From contig JAJTHM010000063.1 of NCBI GenBank assembly GCA_021297855.1, positions 203 to 64,202 of the forward strand: DNA of 64,000 nucleotides, read 5' to 3'. The position numbers were made by a program, and so were the translations under genes. The notes beneath the pieces are model-generated. The model worked only from the letters and a program-made list of their open reading frames with translations, was not told the DNA's origin and made no database searches. Of the stretch, positions 35,360 through 43,643 are shown piece after piece. Position 1 is the stretch's first letter; each line of letters opens with the position of its first letter. The DNA is from Sphingobacteriales bacterium (lineage in GTDB: Bacteria > Bacteroidota > Bacteroidia > Chitinophagales > JADJOU01).

Positions 35360-36151
35360 ATGCCTGCCAGGTTAGACAAGGACCACGTAAGCTATTTTAT
35401 GTGTAAATCAGAGGACGATATTGCACCCATGAGTGAATGCATTGGATATAATGTTTCGATGGAATATACAGGACGATTGCGGTGTATAGATTGTAAGAAG
35501 ATAGTCAAAAAATTTTATGCGCCGGGACTTTGCTATATCTGCATGATGAGTTCTGCCTTGAACTCTCCCTGTATTATCAATCCAGAGTTGTGCGAAGCCC
35601 ATTTAGGAAAAGGCAAAGTGCCTGAGTGGGAAGAAAAACACCACAATCAGCCGCATATAGTTTATCTAGCTAATTCTGGGGGATTGAAAGTGGGAGTAAC
35701 CCGTGCAGATCAAATTCCCATTCGATGGATAGATCAAGGTGCGGACGAAGCTATAATTTTTGCTCATACGCCTTATAGACAGTTGGCTGGTTTGATAGAA
35801 ATAATGTTGAAAAAAGTATTGAGTGATAAGACCAACTGGCGTGCTATGCTGAAAAATGTCAAGAATGAAGAAATAGAATTATTAGAAGAAAAACGAAAAT
35901 ATAGTCAATGGTTGATCGAAAATCAACAAGATTTTGAGCACTATATTTCAGAAGATGATACTGTATATCAATTAAATTATCCAACGACTGTTTTGTCTTC
36001 AACAATTCAATCTGTCAAATTAGATAAAGTTCCTAAGCTAGAAGGAGTCTTAACTGGAATCAAAGGCCAGTATTTAATTTTCGACGAAAAAACCGTTCTC
36101 AATATTCGCAGTCATGCAGGGTATGAAGTACAAATAATAGCTAATAACTAA
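35360..36151 (+). CDS. DUF2797 domain protein
   Basis: Cys-rich N-terminal part (RCIDCKKIVKKFYAPGLCYICM...PCIINPELCEAHLG) followed by HIVYLANSGGLKVGVTR. Start moved from TTG 35321 to ATG 35360. Confidence 0.7.
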   Translation: MPARLDKDHVSYFMCKSEDDIAPMSECIGYNVSMEYTGRLRCIDCKKIVKKFYAPGLCYICMMSSALNSPCIINPELCEAHLGKGKVPEWEEKHHNQPHIVYLANSGGLKVGVTRADQIPIRWIDQGADEAIIFAHTPYRQLAGLIEIMLKKVLSDKTNWRAMLKNVKNEEIELLEEKRKYSQWLIENQQDFEHYISEDDTVYQLNYPTTVLSSTIQSVKLDKVPKLEGVLTGIKGQYLIFDEKTVLNIRSHAGYEVQIIANN

Positions 36152-36167
36152 TAACGATTATCTAATT

Positions 36168-36353
36168 ATGCAATGGACTAAGTTATTTGTTATTTTGGGA
36201 ATAATGAGTTTGTTTCTGATATTCGTGAGATGGATTCCATTTTTCGCATATTGCGAATCAATTCTGATTTTACCTCAGATTATTATGAAAAAAAGAGAAT
36301 TAAACTTAAAAAAACATACCAATGAGATAGTAAAAACGGTCAACCTAATTTAG
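36168..36353 (+). CDS. hypothetical small membrane protein (weak call)
   Basis: 61-aa ORF with one or two hydrophobic segments. No other support. Confidence 0.25.
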   Translation: MQWTKLFVILGIMSLFLIFVRWIPFFAYCESILILPQIIMKKRELNLKKHTNEIVKTVNLI

Positions 36354-36400
36354 GCATGGACAACTTTCAACTTGAAACTCACAACTTATAACTCTCTCCT

Positions 36401-38854
36401 GTGTTCGCCGAAGTCATACTACCTTTAAAATTAGCTGCCTACTATACTTATACTATACCAGACACTTGGCGTGAGAAGGTGGCTGTGGGAAAGCGTGTAT
36501 TAGTACCTTTTGGTAAAAGCAAATACTATGCGGGTATTATCGCTAGAATTCATACTGAAAAACCAAATCTAGGACTAATTAAATCTATCGAAGAGGTTCT
36601 CGATGAGCAGCCTATACTATCTCAGATACAATTGGAATTCTGGGCTTGGCTGGCGAGCTATTATATGTGCACGATTGGCGAAGTGATGGAAACAGCGCTT
36701 CCAAATTACTTTAAGCTTTCGAGTGAACGATTTTTTAAACTGAGTGAGGATACCTTGGGAAATGAACAAATCGAATCGCTCATAGAAAATGGTAGCGAGG
36801 AAGATATGCTACTTGAGGCGATTCGCAGTTCAGGCCAACTTTCGTTTAAGGAAATCAAAGAAAATTTCGGCAATAAAAAAGGGCTTCACAGCCTGAATAA
36901 ACTAATTGACTGCGGCTTGATAGAGCCGATAGATATAGTCAAAGATAAATACAAAGCACGCTATGAAAAGTTTATTCGACTGCATTATGACTATACTGAT
37001 ACGTTTAAAATCAATGAGGCATTTAATCTTCTTCAAAGTAAAAGCCCACAGCAGTATAAGGTTTTGATGACTTATTTCTCTTTGACAAAAAACTATGACG
37101 GCGTTTTAAAATCAGATTTATTGCACAAAGCGGATTCCAATGCTGCTGTACTGAAATCAATTATTGACAAAGGAATTTTAGTCGAATTTTCTCAACAGGT
37201 AGATCGCTTTTCTATTCAAAAAAATGTAGAAATACGAAAGGCTGTCCTGTGTTCGGACCAAGAACTAGCGTATAACTCTATTACAAATCAGCTTCAAGAA
37301 AAAAAAGTAGTTTTACTGCGAGGGATTACGGGCAGCGGTAAGACAGAGGTTTATATTAAATTGATTCAAGAGCATAAAGCACAAGGAAAAACCTGTTTAT
37401 TAGTTCTTCCAGAGATTGCATTGACGCAGCAAATCGTCAGTCGATTGAATCACTATTTCGGAACAGATTTTTTAGTTTATCATTCGCTGATTAGCCAAAA
37501 TAAACGGTATGAAATTTGGAAAAAAGTACAAGCAGGGGAGATCAGTTTTATTATTGGCACTCGTTCAGCGTTATTTTTACCTTTTCAGAATTTAGATTTA
37601 GCGATTATAGATGAAGAGCATGATAGTTCGCTCAAGCAGACCGATTCGAATCCTAAATTTCACCTGCGAGATAGTATAATTCATTATGCGCAGACTTTAG
37701 GAACTAAAATTCTTTTAGGCTCGGCTACGCCTTCAGTAGAAACTTATTTCAATGTATTACAGGGCAAATATGGTTATACAGAATTGCTGACTCGCTATGG
37801 AGCGGCTCAGATTCCAGAGATTGAATTAATTAATCTTCGTGAGCATGAAGTGGCGCAGGGCATGAAGAGCTTTTATTCTGAACAACTATTGAATGCCGTA
37901 ACCAAGACGGTAGCAAATGGGCAACAAGCAATTTTATTTCAAAATAGACGAGGTTATTCGCCCTATATTCAGTGCAATACTTGTGGTTTCGTGCAGAAGT
38001 GTGACCATTGTGATGTGCGATTGACCTACCATTCTTACCATAAACTTTTGGTGTGTCATTATTGCAATAAAAAGTATAGTCTAAAGCCTACCTGTCTGGA
38101 TTGCGGTAGTTCGGAACTCAAGACTAAAGGTCTAGGAACCCAAAAAGTCGAAGAAGAAATCAATTTATTTTTGCCAAACATGAAGCTAGGGCGACTAGAC
38201 CTCGATGCGGCGGGAAGTATTGCTAAAATTGACCATATCTTAAATCAGTTCAAAAACAAAGATTTCGACGTTCTCATAGGCACACAAATGGTTTCTAAAG
38301 GTTTGGATTTTGAAAACCTAACCCTTGTCGGCGTCGTGCAGGCTGATATTTTCTTTTCATTTATCGAATATAAAACCGATGAAAAAGCCTTCCAAACCTT
38401 GCATCAAGTTTCAGGTAGAGTTGGTCGTGGTTTGCAGCCTGGGAAAGTTTTAATTCAGACGAGTGATCCTCAAAATAAGGTGATACAATTTGTCCTTAAT
38501 AATGACTGGAAAGGTTTTGTGGAGCAAGAACTCAAAATGCGAGAAAAATTCATTTATCCGCCCTACTGTAAACTCTTAAAAATTTCTATTAAACATATCA
38601 AAGAAGATTTAGTCAAAATTTATGCCGATAAAATAGTCCTAAAACTCAATCAAACGATAAAAGGCATTGTCCTCGGGCCCAATATACCTCCTGTCTCTCG
38701 AATCCGAAATCAATTTATCCGAGAAATACTCATCAAGCTCCCTAAAAATAAATACTTGGCGGGCGAAAAACAAAAAATACAAGACGTGATAGCTAGTGAA
38801 TTAATGACACTTGACAATCGCAATTTTAGCATAGATATTTTTGTCGATGTCTAA
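36401..38854 (+). CDS. priA: primosomal protein N' (replication restart helicase PriA)
   Basis: Walker A GITGSGKTEVY, DEEH box (IIDEEHDSS), Zn-binding Cys cluster CNTCGFVQKCDHCDVRLTYH...CHYC......C..CGS. GTG start. Confidence 0.92.
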   Translation: MFAEVILPLKLAAYYTYTIPDTWREKVAVGKRVLVPFGKSKYYAGIIARIHTEKPNLGLIKSIEEVLDEQPILSQIQLEFWAWLASYYMCTIGEVMETALPNYFKLSSERFFKLSEDTLGNEQIESLIENGSEEDMLLEAIRSSGQLSFKEIKENFGNKKGLHSLNKLIDCGLIEPIDIVKDKYKARYEKFIRLHYDYTDTFKINEAFNLLQSKSPQQYKVLMTYFSLTKNYDGVLKSDLLHKADSNAAVLKSIIDKGILVEFSQQVDRFSIQKNVEIRKAVLCSDQELAYNSITNQLQEKKVVLLRGITGSGKTEVYIKLIQEHKAQGKTCLLVLPEIALTQQIVSRLNHYFGTDFLVYHSLISQNKRYEIWKKVQAGEISFIIGTRSALFLPFQNLDLAIIDEEHDSSLKQTDSNPKFHLRDSIIHYAQTLGTKILLGSATPSVETYFNVLQGKYGYTELLTRYGAAQIPEIELINLREHEVAQGMKSFYSEQLLNAVTKTVANGQQAILFQNRRGYSPYIQCNTCGFVQKCDHCDVRLTYHSYHKLLVCHYCNKKYSLKPTCLDCGSSELKTKGLGTQKVEEEINLFLPNMKLGRLDLDAAGSIAKIDHILNQFKNKDFDVLIGTQMVSKGLDFENLTLVGVVQADIFFSFIEYKTDEKAFQTLHQVSGRVGRGLQPGKVLIQTSDPQNKVIQFVLNNDWKGFVEQELKMREKFIYPPYCKLLKISIKHIKEDLVKIYADKIVLKLNQTIKGIVLGPNIPPVSRIRNQFIREILIKLPKNKYLAGEKQKIQDVIASELMTLDNRNFSIDIFVDV

Positions 38855-38916
38855 TGAATGAAGCCAATAGACATAGGAATGTGGATAGAACTCGAAACGA
38901 TTTTTAAGAATACATA

Positions 38917-38924
38917 TATCTTTG
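38917..38924 (+). promoter_or_regulatory. -7 promoter box TAtcTTTG abutting the start codon of the septum-formation-initiator-like gene
   Basis: Exact TAnnTTTG match. Its last G is 5 nt before the A of ATG 38929, the same geometry as at 28281. Confidence 0.35.
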
Positions 38925-38928
38925 CTCA

Positions 38929-39267
38929 ATGACAGTTTTGGAATCCAAACTTATTTTTATCTATAAAAAAGTATCTTCTTTTCTCAAGAAGTATTTTAGG
39001 AATAAATATTGGACGGCTTTCATTGTTTTTATCATTTGGGTTTCATTTTTCGATAACAATAGCCTCATCCGTCAAGTCCAAAGAAAATATCAAATCGTAA
39101 AGTTAAATAAAGAAATCAACTACTACAGGAAAGAATTGGAAAAGACGAAACAAGAAGAGAAAGCTTTGAAATACAGTGATGAATATTTTGAAAAATTTGT
39201 CAGAGAAACTTATTTACTTAAGAAACCCGATGAGGTTCTTTATATTTTCTCTGAAAGCAAAAACTAG
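38929..39267 (+). CDS. septum formation initiator family protein (FtsB/DivIC-like)
   Basis: 112 aa: an N-terminal TM helix, then a coiled coil (IRQVQRKYQIVKLNKEINYYRKELEKTKQEEKAL). Confidence 0.6.
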   Translation: MTVLESKLIFIYKKVSSFLKKYFRNKYWTAFIVFIIWVSFFDNNSLIRQVQRKYQIVKLNKEINYYRKELEKTKQEEKALKYSDEYFEKFVRETYLLKKPDEVLYIFSESKN

Positions 39268-39445
39268 CCATTATAAAGTTTTAATTTGCCAAATGCATAA
39301 TATTCTTGCTGATTATGAAATGCCCATGATTAAATAATCGTTCAAAGCTGATGAATTTAAACAAGGCATAGTAGGTAAATATTATAAAACAACTTATATT
39401 CACATGAAAAAAATTATTACTTAATAAACACTGTAAACTATTAGT

Positions 39446-40924
39446 ATGTCCTACGAACTTCTTAAGAAAAAAATGTATGAAATCAAGCAATTGGAATCCA
39501 TTGGGGCTTTGCTGAGCTGGGATATGGAAGTCATGATGCCCCATGGCTCTGATAGAGGCTTTCGAGCAGACCAATCTTCACTAATTAATGGATTGACCCA
39601 TGAGCGCTTTACAGACCCTTCCTTGGAAAAGCTTGTAGATTCTTTATTAGACAATAAAATGCTCAATGAGCAGGAGAGAGAGGAAGTAAGAATTTTGAAA
39701 AAAAACATTGTAAAATCAAAAAAACTCAACAAAGAGTTTGTTGAACGCATGAGTAAGCTGACAAGTGAGGCCTACTCCTTTTGGGAAAAGGCTAAGGCCA
39801 ATTCGGACTTCAAATTGTTTGAGCCGTCCCTGACCTCTATTGTCGAGATACTCAAGGAGAAATGTGAATTGATAAGCTATGAGGTACATCCTTATGATGC
39901 ATTGATGGATGATTTTGAAGAAGGAATGACTGTAGCCAAATTGGATCCATTATTTGAAGATGTAAAAGTGCGGCTAGGTAGTTTGATTAAAAAAGTTCTA
40001 TCCATTCAAGGTCCTAAAACAAATTATTTAAGTCAACAATTCGAAGTAACGAAACAGCAAAGCCTCATAAATAAAATTCTGGATCTCATGCAGGTCAATA
40101 AAGACCTTTTCCGCATGGATATTTCTTCACACCCTTTCTGCACCAATTTTCACAGTTCAGATATTCGAATGACAACCCGCTATAATGAAAATGACCTCAT
40201 GTCTTCGATTTGGTCAGCTATTCATGAGAGTGGTCATGGACAGTATGAGATGGGGCTTAGTCAAGGTGTAGTAGGTATGCCATCTTCAGCAGCCGTTTCT
40301 CTGGGTATTCATGAAAGCCAATCTCGATTTTGGGAAAATAATGTAGGGCGCAGTCAAGCTTTTATTGACGCGATTTTTCCTCTTATAGTTGAGCATTTCC
40401 CTCTTCAAATGAAGGGCCTATCACCTAAAGATTTATTCTCTGAAATTAATTATGTCGAACCGAGTTTGATTCGAACCGAATCGGATGAATTGACTTATCA
40501 CTATCACATTATGATACGCTATGAGATCGAGAAAAAACTAATCAGTGGTCAACTGAAAGTAGCGGATGTAAAGGAATATTGGAATGACATGTATAAGCAA
40601 TATTTAAATATAGACGTACCTGATGACGCTAATGGCTGCTTACAAGATGTTCATTGGAGCTTTGGCGGTATGGGTTATTTTCCGACCTATTCTTTAGGTT
40701 CATTTTTTGCGGCACAGTGGTATTTGGAAATGAATAAGAACCATGCTTTAATCGATCAAATCAAACAAAATAAATTTAAAGAGATCAATCAATGGCATAG
40801 CGAACATATTCATCAATACGGCTCCCTCTATACTTCCGAGGAGCTTTGCATAAAAGCTACAGGTAAGCCTTTAGATTTTGGATGTTTCGAACAGTTTGTT
40901 TTGGAGAAACATGATCTTATTTAG
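39446..40924 (+). CDS. carboxypeptidase M32 (Taq-type metallocarboxypeptidase)
   Basis: LSWDMEVMMP near the N-terminus, zinc site IHESGHGQYE, HESQSRFWEN and DVHWS.G..GYFPTY motifs. Confidence 0.9.
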   Translation: MSYELLKKKMYEIKQLESIGALLSWDMEVMMPHGSDRGFRADQSSLINGLTHERFTDPSLEKLVDSLLDNKMLNEQEREEVRILKKNIVKSKKLNKEFVERMSKLTSEAYSFWEKAKANSDFKLFEPSLTSIVEILKEKCELISYEVHPYDALMDDFEEGMTVAKLDPLFEDVKVRLGSLIKKVLSIQGPKTNYLSQQFEVTKQQSLINKILDLMQVNKDLFRMDISSHPFCTNFHSSDIRMTTRYNENDLMSSIWSAIHESGHGQYEMGLSQGVVGMPSSAAVSLGIHESQSRFWENNVGRSQAFIDAIFPLIVEHFPLQMKGLSPKDLFSEINYVEPSLIRTESDELTYHYHIMIRYEIEKKLISGQLKVADVKEYWNDMYKQYLNIDVPDDANGCLQDVHWSFGGMGYFPTYSLGSFFAAQWYLEMNKNHALIDQIKQNKFKEINQWHSEHIHQYGSLYTSEELCIKATGKPLDFGCFEQFVLEKHDLI

Positions 40925-41093
40925 TTTGGATTTTAATCGAGCTGTATCATTAACATAACTCAATTTATTCCGCAAATGGAGTAGTTTGGTTCCAATTATT
41001 AGTGATTATTCAGGCATTTTAGCTAATTCTATCGCTTCTTTTTCTTGTTAACAAATACCTTTATTTGATATTGATTTTATTCTTTTTTTTGCT

Positions 41094-41101
41094 TACATTT
41101 G
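41094..41101 (+). promoter_or_regulatory. -7 promoter box TAcaTTTG (with TTG at 41071-41073) for the FG-GAP protein gene
   Basis: Exact TAnnTTTG match 17 nt upstream of ATG 41118. An upstream TTG lies 20 nt before the box. Confidence 0.4.
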
Positions 41102-41117
41102 TATAAAGACAAAGCAT

Positions 41118-43490
41118 ATGTTTAGTAGATTTTTATTAGTTGCTTTAATTTTCCCCTTGATAGGGAGCCAATTGTTGGGACAAGAATTGTTTCGAATGAA
41201 TAATGTACCTGTGTTTCACGGTACTAAGCAGCTTATGAATCCTTTTACTGGCGGCATGAATAGCTGTTTAGTGAATCAAATCGACCTGAATAATGATAAA
41301 ATCAAGGATTTAGTGATTGTGCACCAGGTTGGCGTGAGTGCAGGGAGAATACAACCTTATATTCAAAAAACGAATGGAGATTATATTTATGCGCCACGCT
41401 ATGAAGCCTTTTTCCCCAAGAAAGGGCATTATATTTTTACCTTACATGATCTGAATGAAGATAGCACGGAGGATTTAATCCTTCAAACAGAAAGTTATTT
41501 TTTAATCTATTATTCTAAGAGAACCAATGATACTACATTTCAATTTGAATTTTATGACTCATTAGAATTTACAAGTTATGACCCACTATATGGCAAACAG
41601 CAATTATTAGGACTCAATAAATATCTTCCAGTTTTCGAAGATTTGGATAGTGATGGCGATAAAGATATTGTTTATGTCAATAGAACTGGCAATTTGCTTT
41701 GGTATTATAAAAATTACAAAAAGGAGCTTGCTCTTCCATCGAATGAAAATATGTGGAAAAGCGATAATAAATATTATGGTTTATTCTGCTTTGCAGATTT
41801 TTATCCTTTAAAGATTAAATCTGGCTGCTTCACAAGCATGATGAAGGGATTGACCCCACCTCAAAAAGAGCCAATATTAACCCCTCGTCACGATGAATAT
41901 CAAATGTTTTGGAATATTGATGTAGATGGTAATAAATTGTATGACTTGGTTGTCTATAGTGAAAATCAAAAAAATGCCCCTTTGGGCTTAAATATTGGAA
42001 CTAAAGACTCAGCCTATATTGTACAAGATGACATTTATTTTCCAAGTTATTCAGAAAAACCTATCAATCTCATGATGCCTATTGGCTTTTGGCATGATAT
42101 GAATAATGATAAAGCAAAAGATATTGCTGTTTCTTTTCTTATTGAAAGAGACTTTTCTGGAGTCCAAGTATCACAAAAGCTTTTCAATGATGATATAAAC
42201 ACCATTCATTTATATAAAAATGTTGGCAAAAGAAAGTCCTTTAATACCAAATCAGGAACCTTTCATGATAGCTTTGCTTTTAGCGGTGACGATTTTCTGT
42301 CAAATGAAACTATTGATGTGGGTACTGGTTCGGCGCCAGTTTTTTATAATTATGATAAGGACAGTCTAATTGACCTTTTAATCCCCAATATTTTGAAAAG
42401 AGATTCTTGGGAGATTGCCTATATCACCTATTATCGAAATATAGGAAACAAAAAGCAGCCTATATACAGATTAGAAGATAACGATTTGCTGAAGTATAAA
42501 TCCAAAAACAGAGGAAATATAAAAATAGCTGTTGGGGATTTAAATGGAGATAAAGAAGACGATCTTTTAATTACTTCATTTGATCGAAATCTAAGTGGAG
42601 CTTTTGCTACCAGCAGCAACTTGCCAATCATCGGGGAGATGTATTTTCATCAAAAGGGGTCTGGCGGAGCCTTTATTTATACCACCCAAAGTCTTAATTT
42701 GGAGTTTGAAGATAAGTTTGGTCGAACGAATATATGCTTATACGATATTGATAAGGACGGGAAAACAGATATGCTAATGGGGGATTTATTTAAACTAAAA
42801 TATTATCGAAATATTGGGACGACAACAGTTCCACAATTTTTAACCCCGACCTGCGATTCGGTGATTAATCCAGAGGATTTAATAGACCCAATCTATCTCC
42901 CTTACCCATTTTTATTTCACCCAGCGGTTTGGAAGGATCCAAAAGATAACAAAGATTATCTGATTTTTGCCTATGATCGATATCATGCTAAAGTTGGAAA
43001 GGCTTTGATTGACACTCAAAAACTCAATAATAATCGTTCATTATTGGTTAAATTGGAGCATAAAAATTTATATCCTAACTATACCATAAATCAAGATCCA
43101 ACTATTTCTATAAAAGATGTCACAGACGATGGTAAGGAAGAAATTATATTTGGAAACTATTCAGGAGGTGTTCAGATGTTTTCTATTGATAGCCTAACAG
43201 GCGTCAAGGATCCTCCTCCACCGCCAGTTGGCATTGTTGTAGCCAATAAATCAATGGATTTTACAGTTTTTCCTAATCCTAGTTCCGCAAAGCTAAACTT
43301 TGAAGGACTAGATAAAACTAAAGTCTATACCATTTATATTTTTTCCATCGAGGGTCGACTCATTCAGTCTTCAGAGAATTTCAACTTCGATATGACATTG
43401 GATATTGCACATCTAAATCATGGCATATACTGGTTGAATATTGTAAATGAAGAGTTAGGCAGTAAAACGATCAAATTTCAGAAAAACTAA
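41118..43490 (+). CDS. FG-GAP/VCBS repeat protein with T9SS C-terminal sorting domain
   Basis: At least nine Ca-binding-like D.N.D...D repeats (DLNNDKIKDLV, DLDSDGDKDIV, DIDKDGKTDML, and others). C-terminal FTVFPNPSS...GIYWLNIVNE...KFQKN. Confidence 0.8.
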   Translation: MFSRFLLVALIFPLIGSQLLGQELFRMNNVPVFHGTKQLMNPFTGGMNSCLVNQIDLNNDKIKDLVIVHQVGVSAGRIQPYIQKTNGDYIYAPRYEAFFPKKGHYIFTLHDLNEDSTEDLILQTESYFLIYYSKRTNDTTFQFEFYDSLEFTSYDPLYGKQQLLGLNKYLPVFEDLDSDGDKDIVYVNRTGNLLWYYKNYKKELALPSNENMWKSDNKYYGLFCFADFYPLKIKSGCFTSMMKGLTPPQKEPILTPRHDEYQMFWNIDVDGNKLYDLVVYSENQKNAPLGLNIGTKDSAYIVQDDIYFPSYSEKPINLMMPIGFWHDMNNDKAKDIAVSFLIERDFSGVQVSQKLFNDDINTIHLYKNVGKRKSFNTKSGTFHDSFAFSGDDFLSNETIDVGTGSAPVFYNYDKDSLIDLLIPNILKRDSWEIAYITYYRNIGNKKQPIYRLEDNDLLKYKSKNRGNIKIAVGDLNGDKEDDLLITSFDRNLSGAFATSSNLPIIGEMYFHQKGSGGAFIYTTQSLNLEFEDKFGRTNICLYDIDKDGKTDMLMGDLFKLKYYRNIGTTTVPQFLTPTCDSVINPEDLIDPIYLPYPFLFHPAVWKDPKDNKDYLIFAYDRYHAKVGKALIDTQKLNNNRSLLVKLEHKNLYPNYTINQDPTISIKDVTDDGKEEIIFGNYSGGVQMFSIDSLTGVKDPPPPPVGIVVANKSMDFTVFPNPSSAKLNFEGLDKTKVYTIYIFSIEGRLIQSSENFNFDMTLDIAHLNHGIYWLNIVNEELGSKTIKFQKN

Positions 43491-43588
43491 CTTGTTGCTA
43501 TAAAATTTGACATATTGTCGTTTATTCTTTGACATTTTGAAGTTATTTTTATACATTTTAATAAGTATTGTGAATATACTTCTACTTG

Positions 43589-43622
43589 TTTGCATTGGCC
43601 TAGTTTTTGATGTATATATTTG
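43589..43622 (+). promoter_or_regulatory. Bacteroidota sigma-A type promoter of clpC (-33 TTTG, -7 TAtaTTTG)
   Basis: TTTG at 43589-43592 and TATATTTG at 43615-43622, separated by 22 nt. ATG at 43644. Confidence 0.5.
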
Positions 43623-43643
43623 TACTAAGTTAATTATTGAATA

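Noticed and set aside
39281-39750. Minus-strand ORFs 39281-39574 and 39451-39750
   Set aside because: They overlap the 5' part of the strongly supported M32 carboxypeptidase gene in antisense, and no motifs are present.
43506-43535. CtsR operator upstream of clpC (GTCAAA heptad repeats on the opposite strand)
   Set aside because: The CtsR box is a tandem heptad separated by 3 nt, and CtsR is a Firmicutes regulator. Here the repeats are 22 bp apart in a Bacteroidota-like genome. It is kept only as a generic repeat observation.
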